This document shows, piece after piece, positions 9,835 to 19,083 of a stretch of 64,000 nt of DNA. A program made the translations under genes and the position numbers. Every line of letters begins with the position of its first letter. Within the stretch, counting starts at the first letter, position 1. Origin of the DNA: Actinomycetota bacterium. GTDB taxonomy: Bacteria > Actinomycetota > Actinomycetes > Actinomycetales > Microbacteriaceae. The notes under the pieces were generated by a model. It searched no databases and had not been told where the DNA came from. It was given only the letters and a program-made list of their open reading frames with translations. Location: NCBI GenBank assembly GCA_041190885.1, contig JBEEPX010000099.1:684-64683 (forward strand), given 5' to 3'.

Positions 9835-10642
9835 ATCAGAACTGGCTGAACCCGAAAAATCTTCTGGCTTCGCTGTCAGCCTGACAAACTTTGATGGTCC
9901 ATTTGACCTGCTGCTCACGCTCATTTCGAAGCATGAGATGGATATCACCGAAATCTCACTGAGTAAGGTGACCGACGAATTTATTGCCTACCTAAAGACT
10001 CTCGACGATCACGAAGAGCTTGACCAGGCAAGTGAATTCTTGGTTATCGCAGCGACCCTGCTAGACCTAAAGATTGCCGGCCTGTTGCCCAAGGGTGAGG
10101 TCGTCGATGCCGAAGACGTGGCGCTTCTCGAGGCTCGCGACTTGCTGTTTGCTCGCCTGCTTCAGTACCGAGCATTCAAGGATGTCTCTAGCTGGTTTAA
10201 CACCGCGATGAACCTCGAGGCAACCAGGGTTGCGCGCGAGGTTCGCATCGAAGAGCGTTTTGCGAAGCAAAAGCCAGAACTTGTCTGGACGCTAACTCTC
10301 GAAGAGTTCGGGCGCTTGGCCGAGGCTACCTTGGAGCCGCGCGAGATTCCATCGGTGGGTTTGACCCACCTGCACGCACCAAGAATTAGCATTCGTGAGC
10401 AGGCAGCCGAAGTTATCTCGATGCTTAGAAAGTCAACCGGATTGACCTTCAGAGACCTCATTGGTTCGGTGAAAGACCGCGCCATCGTGGTCGCTAGATT
10501 CTTGGCGGTTTTGGAACTTTACCGCTTGGCTGCAATCGGCTTTGAACAGCAATCGCCACTGGGCGATCTAAAGCTCACCTGGCAGGCAAAAAACTTTGAT
10601 GATGAACAACTAGCAACACTTGGAGCCGACTATGACTCATGA
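9824..10642 (+). CDS. scpA: Segregation and condensation protein A (kleisin)
   Basis: FDGPFDLLLTLI, ASEFLVIAATLL and RFLAVLEL. GTG start at 9824 inferred (track start 9758). Confidence 0.95.
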   Translation: MPLKSELAEPEKSSGFAVSLTNFDGPFDLLLTLISKHEMDITEISLSKVTDEFIAYLKTLDDHEELDQASEFLVIAATLLDLKIAGLLPKGEVVDAEDVALLEARDLLFARLLQYRAFKDVSSWFNTAMNLEATRVAREVRIEERFAKQKPELVWTLTLEEFGRLAEATLEPREIPSVGLTHLHAPRISIREQAAEVISMLRKSTGLTFRDLIGSVKDRAIVVARFLAVLELYRLAAIGFEQQSPLGDLKLTWQAKNFDDEQLATLGADYDS

Positions 10643-11228
10643 TGAATCAACCGCGCCTAACGTCGAGGCGGTGAATGCCGATAACCTGCGCGCTGCCGTT
10701 GAAGCCATTTTGATGGTCACCGAGATGCCGCTATCGCTTGTGGCCATAGCAACTGCTCTAGAGCGCCCGGTCGGCGAAGTGCGTGCAGCAGTTGCAGAAC
10801 TCAAAGCCGACTATGACGGCATTGACGGCTCTACTTTGCGCGGTTTCGAACTTCGCGAAGTTGGCGGCGGTTGGCGCATCTTCGTTCGCCAAGATTTTGA
10901 CTGGGCGGTTCGCATGTTCATTGCGAACGAAAACCCAACCAAGTTGAGCCAGGCTGCGCTCGAAACCTTGGCGGTCATCGCCTATAAGCAGCCAATTTCA
11001 CGCGGGCAGATCGCATCGATCCGTGCCGTGAACGTTGACTCGGTGGTGCGAACTCTGCTCAGCCGAGGTCTAATCACCGAGCTTTACACCGACTCAGAAA
11101 GCGGCGCAATCCACTATGGCACTACCGAGCTCTTGCTAGAAGTTCTAGGCATCAATTCTCTTGACGAGATGCCGCTAATCAGCCCATTCCTTCCAGACGC
11201 GAACAGCAACTTCGATGTCACAATCTAA
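10632..11228 (+). CDS. scpB: Segregation and condensation protein B
   Basis: LSQAALETLAVIAYKQPISR, IRAVN and YGTT motifs. Confidence 0.96.
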   Translation: MTHDESTAPNVEAVNADNLRAAVEAILMVTEMPLSLVAIATALERPVGEVRAAVAELKADYDGIDGSTLRGFELREVGGGWRIFVRQDFDWAVRMFIANENPTKLSQAALETLAVIAYKQPISRGQIASIRAVNVDSVVRTLLSRGLITELYTDSESGAIHYGTTELLLEVLGINSLDEMPLISPFLPDANSNFDVTI

Positions 11229-12024
11229 CGGTGAGCCGGAGGGCGTAAGACTCCAGAAGGTAATGGCCGCAGCAGGTGTGGCCTCGCGTCGCGTTTGCGA
11301 AGACCTGATTGTTCAGGGCAAGGTGAAGGTGAACGGCAAGCAGGTAACTGAGCTCGGCACCAGAATCAACCCTGATGTCGACAAGGTTTCCGTCAGCGGA
11401 ACTCCGATTCAGCTCGACAACTCGAGGGTCTACCTGGCGCTGAACAAGCCATACGGCGTTGTCAGCTCGATGGCCGATGAGAATGGCCGAGCCGATCTTT
11501 CGCAGTTCGTGGTTGGCTACGACCGCGTCTTCAACGTCGGACGCCTAGATGCCGAGACCACCGGCCTAATCATCATGACCAACGATGGCGATCTGGCCCA
11601 CAAGTTGGCTCACCCAAAGTTTGGTGTCACCAAGACCTACGTTGCTCGTGTTGAGGGCGTAGTCACGCCACCAATCATCCACAAGCTATTGAGTGGTTTT
11701 GACCTAGAAGATGGCTTTATCAAGGCCGACAAGGCGCACATTGTCGACGTGCAACCGGGTGAGAGCCTGGTCGAGGTCGTCTTGCACTCTGGCCGAAATC
11801 GAATCGTTCGTCGAATGTTCGAATTCGTCGGTCACCCGGTCGTTGGCTTGGTGCGACGCAGCTTTGGGCCAATCCAGCTTGGGCCGCTCAAAGAGGGTCG
11901 AATTCGCGAACTAAGTAAAATAGAGGTTGGAGCTTTGTTGAAGGCCGCCGAGGGTGACGGACGAGTTCCTCGCCCGCCTAGGCCAAAAAACAAGGCAGCG
12001 GCGGCTAACAAGAAGAGGCGATAG
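11215..12024 (+). CDS. rluB: RsuA/RluB family pseudouridine synthase
   Basis: S4 domain RLQKVMAAAGVASRR; LNKP, GRLD and GRNRIVRRM; follows scpB. Confidence 0.9.
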   Translation: MSQSNGEPEGVRLQKVMAAAGVASRRVCEDLIVQGKVKVNGKQVTELGTRINPDVDKVSVSGTPIQLDNSRVYLALNKPYGVVSSMADENGRADLSQFVVGYDRVFNVGRLDAETTGLIIMTNDGDLAHKLAHPKFGVTKTYVARVEGVVTPPIIHKLLSGFDLEDGFIKADKAHIVDVQPGESLVEVVLHSGRNRIVRRMFEFVGHPVVGLVRRSFGPIQLGPLKEGRIRELSKIEVGALLKAAEGDGRVPRPPRPKNKAAAANKKRR

Positions 12025-12026
12025 GC

Positions 12027-12389
12027 ATGGCTGTAAGAGCGATCCGTGGGGCGATTCAGCTCGACATCGATGAGCGCGAGCACCTGCTTAAGTCGACCGC
12101 CGAGTTGCTTAGCAAGACCCTGCACGCCAACAACATCTCGAACGAGCAACTGATTTCGGTCATGTTCACCGCCACCCCAGATGTGACCAGTGAATTTCCG
12201 GCTGTGGCCGCTCGCGAGCTTGGTCTAGGCGACGTGCCACTCATGTGCTTCGTCGAAATGGATGTAAAGCGAGCGTTGCCACGCACCATTCGCATCATGA
12301 TTTACGCCGACATTCCCCAGACCCGTGCAGAAATTCAGCACATCTACCTTCGTGGGGCAACTGCTCTAAGGTTGGACATCGCTCAGTGA
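12027..12389 (+). CDS. aroH: AroH-type chorismate mutase
   Basis: VRAIRGAI, FTATPD...FPAVAAR and HIYLRGATALRLD. Confidence 0.95.
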   Translation: MAVRAIRGAIQLDIDEREHLLKSTAELLSKTLHANNISNEQLISVMFTATPDVTSEFPAVAARELGLGDVPLMCFVEMDVKRALPRTIRIMIYADIPQTRAEIQHIYLRGATALRLDIAQ

Positions 12390-13471
12390 ACGCACCGCGT
12401 TTGACCGACACGGTTCGCATCGTAGGTGCCGGACTCCTCGGTACCAGCATCGGTTTGGCCCTGTCGAAAAAGGGTCTAGACGTCGTAATTGAAGACTCGT
12501 CGCCGGCAAACCGTTCGCTGGCAATTGACTACGGAGCGGGTCGTTCGGCCTCAGAGGGCGACAGCCCAAAGTTGGTCGTGGTCTGCGTTCCGCCCGACGT
12601 TACCGCTTCGGTGGTAGCCGCTGAGCTGGCTGCTTTTCCGAATGCTGTCGTAACCGATGTTGCGAGCGTGAAAGTTTCGATTCAACGTCAGCTCGAGGCG
12701 CTTGGCGCAGACCAGACCAGGTATGTCGGCTCGCACCCGATGGCCGGGCGTGAGCGCGGGGGAGCGATCTCGGGTCGCGCCGATCTCTTCGTTGGTCGCC
12801 CCTGGGTGATTGCCGCGAGTGATTTGACCTCGTCACAAGCAATTTCGCTGGTTCAAGACCTGGCACTAGACCTTGAAGCGGCCGTAATTTCAACCACGCC
12901 ATCGAACCATGACCGCGCGGTGGCGCTGGTTTCGCACGTGCCTCAGTTGGTTTCATCACTGTTGGCCGCCAGACTCGTCGAGGCCGACCTCGCCGATGTT
13001 GCCCTTGCCGGTCAAGGCCTTCGCGACACCACTCGAATTGCCGCCAGCGATCCGAAGCTCTGGCTTCAAATTCTCGGAGCCAACTCAGACGAGGTTGCCG
13101 GGGTTTTGAAGGCTTTTGCCGCAGATCTAGACCTCGTGGTCGAAGCCCTCGAAGACGTTTCGGCTCAAGGTTCACTGAGCAAGCTGGGTCGTGCGCTCGA
13201 GGCCGGTAATCGAGGCGTTGAGCGCATCCCTGGAAAGCACGGCACCAAGGCAACCGCCTATGCCCAAATTGTTGTGATGATTGACGACAAGCCGGGTGAA
13301 CTTGGTCGACTCTTCAACGAGGTTGGCGAAATCGGGGTCAACATCGAAGAGCTCAAGCTTGAGCACTCGCCGAGCTCACTAATCGGTTTGGTAGAGCTTT
13401 TTGTCATGCCTAATGAAGAAGCAAAGCTTGTTACCGAGCTGGCAAGCCGAGGATGGAGAATCGCCGGTTGA
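12386..13471 (+). CDS. tyrA: Prephenate dehydrogenase with C-terminal ACT domain
   Basis: GAGLLGTS, DVASVK, HPMAGRE, HDRAVALVSH, RDTTRIA; ACT motif DDKPGEL. GTGA overlap with aroH. Confidence 0.95.
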   Translation: MNAPRLTDTVRIVGAGLLGTSIGLALSKKGLDVVIEDSSPANRSLAIDYGAGRSASEGDSPKLVVVCVPPDVTASVVAAELAAFPNAVVTDVASVKVSIQRQLEALGADQTRYVGSHPMAGRERGGAISGRADLFVGRPWVIAASDLTSSQAISLVQDLALDLEAAVISTTPSNHDRAVALVSHVPQLVSSLLAARLVEADLADVALAGQGLRDTTRIAASDPKLWLQILGANSDEVAGVLKAFAADLDLVVEALEDVSAQGSLSKLGRALEAGNRGVERIPGKHGTKATAYAQIVVMIDDKPGELGRLFNEVGEIGVNIEELKLEHSPSSLIGLVELFVMPNEEAKLVTELASRGWRIAG

Positions 13472-14148
13472 GCATCAAGATTGTGGCCATCGATGGCCCA
13501 GCAGGTTCGGGTAAGTCAAGCGTTAGCAAGGAGTCGGCAAGGCAACTTGGTTTCGGCTACCTAGACACCGGCGCCGCCTACCGAGCTTTGGCCTGGGCGG
13601 TAATGAACCTGCCGGGTTTCAACCTGCAGGACCTTGCGACCAAAGACCTCGACTCAGATTTTCAATACGCCATCTCGACAGATCCAGATGACTACTGGGT
13701 GAAGGTCGGCGACGTTGATGTAACCAGTGCGATTCGCGAACCGGCCGTGGCCGAATCGGTAAGTGCCGTGGCTAGGATTCCCGAGGTTCGGGCCTTCATG
13801 AAGCGCCTGACTCACGGCCTAGTCGAACTGTCGAATCGCCCAGGCGTAGTTGTCGAAGGGCGTGACATCACCACCGTGGTGGCTCCAGATGCCGAAATTA
13901 AAATTCTGCTAACTGCCAGCGAAGCGGTTAGACTTAAAAGACGCTCGGCCGAACTATCAAAGGTTTCTGCCGAAAGCGTCAAGCGTCAAGTATCAGAACG
14001 TGACGCCAGCGACTCAAAAGTCGTTGACTTTATGACTCCTGCACCTGGAGTCCAACTCGTGGATTCCTCGGATCTCAACTTTGCCCAGACGGTAGAAGCC
14101 GTCATTGCTTTGGTTGAACAGAAGAATCCGAAGGAATCTAATGACTAA
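13468..14148 (+). CDS. cmk: Cytidylate kinase
   Basis: [21 protein letters not shown] and EGRDI. TTG start overlaps the tyrA stop (alternative ATG 13453). Confidence 0.96.
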   Translation: MSIKIVAIDGPAGSGKSSVSKESARQLGFGYLDTGAAYRALAWAVMNLPGFNLQDLATKDLDSDFQYAISTDPDDYWVKVGDVDVTSAIREPAVAESVSAVARIPEVRAFMKRLTHGLVELSNRPGVVVEGRDITTVVAPDAEIKILLTASEAVRLKRRSAELSKVSAESVKRQVSERDASDSKVVDFMTPAPGVQLVDSSDLNFAQTVEAVIALVEQKNPKESND

Positions 14149-15655
14149 AGACGAAGAATTTTTCGCTGAGCCGGCCCAGCCGGAGTTCATCGAGCGCTTG
14201 CAGAACATGAGTACCGATGAAGAAGAGGCGCGCGTTCGCACTTTGCGTTCGGGCCTCGACGACTACGAACTTGAAGAAGATGACTTTGACGTCATCGAGA
14301 GCGAGCTGTTCGAAGACGACACCCACCGATTCTTACCAGCGCTTCCGGTGTTGGCCATCGTGGGACGCCCAAACGTTGGCAAGTCTGCACTGGTAAACCG
14401 TATTCTTGGCCGTCGTGAGGCAGTTGTAGAAGACAAGCCGGGTGTCACCCGCGACCGCGTCTCATACAAGGCCGAATGGAACGAACGAAAGTTCACGCTG
14501 GTAGACACCGGTGGCTGGGAGCCAGACGCGCGCGGCATTGACCGTTCTGTGGCCCTTCAGGCCGAAATCGCAATCGAGCTATCGGATGCCGTTCTATTCG
14601 TGGTCGATGCGATGGTTGGCGCCACCAGCTCAGACGAGCGAGTGGTTAAGTTGCTTCGCAAGAGCGGCAAGCCGGTTATTTTGATCGCCAACAAGATCGA
14701 TGATGTCCGCCAGGAGCCCGAGGCTGCGAACCTTTGGTCGCTCGGCCTAGGCGAGCCATACCCGGTTTCGGCACTGCACGGTCGAGGCGTTGCCGACATG
14801 CTCGATGCAGCGATGAAAGTCTTGCCTAAGATTTCTGCGGTTGCCAAAGAGGAATTCGGCGGTCCACGTCGCGTTGCCTTGATCGGTCGCCCAAACGTAG
14901 GAAAGTCTTCGCTGCTCAACAAGGCAGTTGGCTCAGAGCGTGCCGTGGTCAATGACCTCGCTGGCACCACCCGTGACCCAATTGACGAGCAGGTCGAACT
15001 TGCCGGCAAAATCTGGCGATTTGTAGACACCGCGGGTATCCGTCGTCGTTTGCACTTGGCTCAGGGCGCAGACTTTTATGCATCGCTACGCACGGCAGCA
15101 GCCCTCGAGCGCGCCGAAGTGGCAGTTGTTTTGTTCGATGTCACCCAGCCAATCAGCGAAGCAGACATCCGTATCGTCGACATGGCTCTCGAGTCTGGTC
15201 GCGCATTGGTTCTCGCTTTCAATAAATGGGACGAGATCGATGATGACCGCCGCCGCTACCTAGAGCGTGAGATCGAACAGGATCTTGCCCACGTGGATTG
15301 GGCGCCGCGAGTAAACATCTCGGCAAAGACCGGTCGTCACGTTGAGAAGCTAGTGCCAGCTCTTGAGGTGGCTCTTGATTCATGGGATCAGCGCATTCCA
15401 ACTGGCAAGCTGAACGCTTTCATCCAGGAGCTGGCGATGGAGACCCCGCACCCGGTTCGCGGCGGAAAGCAACCGAGAATTCTGTTTGCAACTCAGGCCG
15501 GCAGCCGCCCGCCAAAGTTTGTTCTGTTCACCACCGGGTTCCTCGAGCCTGGCTACCGTCGATTCATTACCCGTCGCCTGCGCGAGACCTACGGTTTCGA
15601 GGGCACTCCGATTGAAGTCGGTATGCGTGTGCGCGAAAAGCGCAAGCGCAGCTAA
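14141..15655 (+). CDS. der: Ribosome biogenesis GTPase Der (EngA)
   Basis: Two GRPNVGKS P-loops, DTGG/DTAG, NKID/NKWD; acidic N-terminal extension. Confidence 0.98.
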   Translation: MTKDEEFFAEPAQPEFIERLQNMSTDEEEARVRTLRSGLDDYELEEDDFDVIESELFEDDTHRFLPALPVLAIVGRPNVGKSALVNRILGRREAVVEDKPGVTRDRVSYKAEWNERKFTLVDTGGWEPDARGIDRSVALQAEIAIELSDAVLFVVDAMVGATSSDERVVKLLRKSGKPVILIANKIDDVRQEPEAANLWSLGLGEPYPVSALHGRGVADMLDAAMKVLPKISAVAKEEFGGPRRVALIGRPNVGKSSLLNKAVGSERAVVNDLAGTTRDPIDEQVELAGKIWRFVDTAGIRRRLHLAQGADFYASLRTAAALERAEVAVVLFDVTQPISEADIRIVDMALESGRALVLAFNKWDEIDDDRRRYLEREIEQDLAHVDWAPRVNISAKTGRHVEKLVPALEVALDSWDQRIPTGKLNAFIQELAMETPHPVRGGKQPRILFATQAGSRPPKFVLFTTGFLEPGYRRFITRRLRETYGFEGTPIEVGMRVREKRKRS

Positions 15656-15670
15656 GCGTAAACTCAAGGT

Positions 15671-16264
15671 ATGTCGATGCAGCCAGGGGAGCGCCTAAGG
15701 GATCAGTTTTTGACCTTGCCAAACCTGCTCAGCACACTTCGTCTGGCGCTGGTTCCGGTCTTTTTGCTGTTGCTGCTGAATGAAAAATTCCTATGGGCGA
15801 TCGTAGTTCTGGCAACAGCGAGTTTGACCGACTACCTAGATGGGTATTTTGCTCGCAAGTGGAACCAAATCACCAGGCTTGGACAGATTCTTGATCCAGC
15901 CGCCGATCGTCTCTACATTTTCTCTACTCTGGTTGGCTTGACTGTCGCCGGCATTGTGCCGCTCTGGTTGATGCTGGTGATCGTTGCCCGAGACTTCGTG
16001 CTGCTAATTGCATACGTGGTTCTGGCAAATCATGGTTACGGCCCGCTGCCGGTTCATTACCTTGGCAAAGCCGGAACTTTTGCGCTTTTGTACGCTTTCC
16101 CGCTACTTTTGATTTCATACATCTGGACCGCGGGAGAATTTGTAATTTTGCCGCTGGCATGGGCCTTTGCACTTTGGGGAGTAGGCCTTTACTGGTGGGC
16201 TGGAATTGTCTACCTTCGCCAGGTGCGAGATGTAGTGAAAAGCAGCACCCTCGCGGTGAAGTAG
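15671..16264 (+). CDS. CDP-alcohol phosphatidyltransferase (PgsA2/cardiolipin synthase-like)
   Basis: TLPNLLS and DYLDGYFAR...GQILDPAAD signature; hydrophobic; lies upstream of garA as in other actinobacteria. Confidence 0.93.
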   Translation: MSMQPGERLRDQFLTLPNLLSTLRLALVPVFLLLLLNEKFLWAIVVLATASLTDYLDGYFARKWNQITRLGQILDPAADRLYIFSTLVGLTVAGIVPLWLMLVIVARDFVLLIAYVVLANHGYGPLPVHYLGKAGTFALLYAFPLLLISYIWTAGEFVILPLAWAFALWGVGLYWWAGIVYLRQVRDVVKSSTLAVK

Positions 16265-16291
16265 GCTATGGGGAACAGGGAGTAAAAAATC

Positions 16292-16744
16292 ATGGAATCA
16301 GCAGAGTTGGGCTTTGGGGGCTCGTCCGACGAGGTCTCGTCGACCATGCGTTTCTCTGAGGATCTTCTGACCGAATCTGGTGCCACTCTCGACCCTGAAG
16401 AGCAGGCTGCCATTGATTCGTTGCCTTCTGGCTCAGGTCTTTTGATTGCCAAGCGTGGCCCAAATGCCGGCTCTCGTTTTCTTCTAGATCAGGACTCAAC
16501 CTCGGTTGGTCGCCACCCGAATGCCGACATTTTCCTGGATGACGTAACCGTCTCTCGTCGCCACGCAGAATTCATTCGCCGAGGCACCAAATTTGTGGTC
16601 AAAGACTTAGCGTCACTAAACGGAACCTACTTTGACGGTGTTCGCATCGACATCGCCGAGTTGCGCGATGGCTGCGAAGTCCAGGTTGGCAAATTCCGAC
16701 TGACCTTCTTTGCTTCACGCGCTGACCTTTCGGCGGGCATCTAG
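16292..16744 (+). CDS. garA: FHA-domain protein, GarA/OdhI family
   Basis: ALPSGSALL-like segment (SLPSGSGLL), GPNAGSRFLLD, GRHPNADIFLDDVTVSRRHAEF, SLNGTY and QVGKFRL. Confidence 0.9.
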   Translation: MESAELGFGGSSDEVSSTMRFSEDLLTESGATLDPEEQAAIDSLPSGSGLLIAKRGPNAGSRFLLDQDSTSVGRHPNADIFLDDVTVSRRHAEFIRRGTKFVVKDLASLNGTYFDGVRIDIAELRDGCEVQVGKFRLTFFASRADLSAGI

Positions 16745-17448
16745 TGGCGGCTAACGCTGCTGCCAAGCTATTCACAGCTCGCGCAGTAAAGCTATTCAAC
16801 ATCGGTCAGGTTTTATCCGTCCTGAATCCTGAGTTTCCTGATCTCACCCCATCAAAGCTGCGCTTTCTAGAAGAGCAGGGGTTGGTCACTCCGCAGAGAA
16901 CCGATTCTGGCTATCGCAAATTTACCGATCTAGACATCGAGCGCATTCGCATTGTTCTTGAGTTGCAGCGCGACCAGTATCTGCCGCTAAAGGTCATTCG
17001 TGCTTATCTTGCCGACCTAGATGATGGCAAGCAGCCAACTCTGCCGGGCGTGACCTCAGTCAACAGCGCGCACATGCGCCAGGCTAAGGGCAAGCGTTTT
17101 AGCCGAATCGAGCTAATCGCCGAGACCGCGATCACCGACGCCTTGATTTCTGAGGCCCAGGATGTTTCGTTGCTCGGTGAAGAGCCATTCGACCTTGCCG
17201 CTCTCGAGATTGCTCGAGCAGTTGTTCACCTGCAACGCTTCGGCATTCAACCTCGTCACCTTCGTGGTCTCAAGGCTTCAACCGACCGCGAAATTGGCAT
17301 CATCGAGGGCGTAGTGGCTCCCGTTCTGGGCAAAAATGACACCTCGAGTCGCTCTCGGGCTGCTCACTATGCCGCAGAAATCGAAAATCAGTTTTCGGCT
17401 ATTCGCAGCGAGCTAATGCGAGCCGCAATTTCGAAGCTCGACGACTAG
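16744..17448 (+). CDS. ftsR: MerR family regulator, FtsR/Rv1828-like
   Basis: IGQVL..L.PEFPDLTPSKLRFLEEQGLV.P.RT.SGYRKF, QRDQYLPLKVI and GIQPRHLR; directly after garA. Confidence 0.85.
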   Translation: MAANAAAKLFTARAVKLFNIGQVLSVLNPEFPDLTPSKLRFLEEQGLVTPQRTDSGYRKFTDLDIERIRIVLELQRDQYLPLKVIRAYLADLDDGKQPTLPGVTSVNSAHMRQAKGKRFSRIELIAETAITDALISEAQDVSLLGEEPFDLAALEIARAVVHLQRFGIQPRHLRGLKASTDREIGIIEGVVAPVLGKNDTSSRSRAAHYAAEIENQFSAIRSELMRAAISKLDD

Positions 17449-17565
17449 CAAAACCGCGCCAGCACTCGCGACACGCCGAAGCGGAAAATTAACCCACGTA
17501 TGCGACACGTAGGGGCAACAATTAAACCTGAACTTGAACGTTAGAGCAGCAGGGAAGGAGCCTAG

Positions 17566-18114
17566 ATGTCAGCGTCAGAATCAGACAACATGGGCACCTA
17601 TTCTCAGGACATGCTCTTCACCGACGGATTGCCTTCGGCAGATCCAAAGGTTGGCTATCGAGGCACTTCGGCGGCTGCCGCCTGTGGCATCAGCTACCGC
17701 CAACTTGACTACTGGGACCGCACCGGTTTGGTTCAGCCAAGCGTTCGTGGCGCAGCCGGCTCGGGTTCTCAAAGACTTTACGCATTCCGCGACATCCTGG
17801 TTTTGAAATTGGTCAAGCGCCTTCTCGACACCGGTGTTTCGCTGCAGCAGATTCGCATCGCCGTTGATCAGCTTCGTGCGGCCGGCATCAATGACCTTGC
17901 CACCATCACTCTGATGTCTGACGGCGCGCGTGTTTACCTCTGCACCACCCAAGACGAAGTGATGGACCTTCTCGGTCGCGGTCAGGGTGTCTTTGGTATT
18001 GCCGTTGGTCGTGTGCTTCGCGAAGTTGAAGCCAGCTTGATCAACATGAAAGAAAACCACATCGACGACGTGGATGAACTTGCTGCGCGTCGCAGCACCC
18101 GCAAGGCCGTTTAG
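17566..18114 (+). CDS. MerR family regulator, Rv1830-like
   Basis: GYRG..A...GISYRQLDYW.RTGLV.PS, GSGSQRLY and GQGVFGIAV; AGGAG SD. Confidence 0.9.
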   Translation: MSASESDNMGTYSQDMLFTDGLPSADPKVGYRGTSAAAACGISYRQLDYWDRTGLVQPSVRGAAGSGSQRLYAFRDILVLKLVKRLLDTGVSLQQIRIAVDQLRAAGINDLATITLMSDGARVYLCTTQDEVMDLLGRGQGVFGIAVGRVLREVEASLINMKENHIDDVDELAARRSTRKAV

Positions 18115-18120
18115 TTTCTT

Positions 18121-19014
18121 TTAGCCGTTTGCCGGACCGGTCTCTAGGTCTTTATCAATCTGTTTGCCGCGCAAAATGCGGCTGAAGCGACCAAATCGGC
18201 GCTCCTTCTTCGAGTTTCTGCTTTCGTCGACTAGCGCGAACGACTCGTATGCGGCATCGAGAATTTGATCAAAAACCTGAGCTACCTGAGCGGCGCTCTC
18301 GCCGGGCCAGGTGTGAATCGGACGCCCGGCTCCTTGAGCCTGTTGCACGGTCGCCTTTTCTTCAAGCATCGCGGTCAGGAACTCGCCTTGGAATAGGTTT
18401 TTTAGTTCGCCGATTCTGAAATCGTGCTCCTGTGAACCTGGTCGCACACGATTGATGATGACCCCGAGGGCTCGAAGTCTTGGTGTAAGACCCTTGCGAA
18501 GCTCGTTGATTGCCTTCAACGCGCGGTCGGCGGCAACCACCGAGAAAATTGACGGCTCCGACACAATCAGGATTCGGTCGCTGGCTACCCATCCGGTTCT
18601 GGTCAAACCATTGATCGAAGGGGGAGTGTCGATCAGCACCAGGTCATACTTGCGTTCGACGATGCTTAGCGCCTCTTCGAGCCGCCATAGGTCGCGCAGT
18701 GTGGGGTTCGGGTGGTCAAAATTCAAAGTTTTCGGGCTGCCGAGCATTACATCTATGTGACCAGACTGAACTTTGCCCCAACTACTCGCTACGATTGAGT
18801 CATGCACAACGGCGTGCCGGGGCGAAGACAAAACATCGGCAACGGATTTTGTTGAACCCCCGAAGGCACCTAGGCCAGTTGATGCATCGCACTGAGGGTC
18901 GAGGTCTACCACCAGAGTGCGTAGACCGCGAGCATATGCGGCAGAAGCCAAACCTAGAGCAACGGTTGTCTTGCCGACTCCTCCCTTGAGGGAGCTGACG
19001 CTAAGTACATGCAC
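18121..19014 (-). CDS. ParA family ATPase (orphan)
   Basis: SLKGGVGKTT, DLDPQ and IDTPPS. GTG start with TAGCCT -10 6 nt upstream. Confidence 0.9.
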   Translation of the reverse strand: MHVLSVSSLKGGVGKTTVALGLASAAYARGLRTLVVDLDPQCDASTGLGAFGGSTKSVADVLSSPRHAVVHDSIVASSWGKVQSGHIDVMLGSPKTLNFDHPNPTLRDLWRLEEALSIVERKYDLVLIDTPPSINGLTRTGWVASDRILIVSEPSIFSVVAADRALKAINELRKGLTPRLRALGVIINRVRPGSQEHDFRIGELKNLFQGEFLTAMLEEKATVQQAQGAGRPIHTWPGESAAQVAQVFDQILDAAYESFALVDESRNSKKERRFGRFSRILRGKQIDKDLETGPANG

Positions 19015-19083
19015 CCGAATAGGCTACCTTTTTATTCAGGTCACCGTAATTTCATGTTCGCCCATACGACGCTTGAGGAACCA

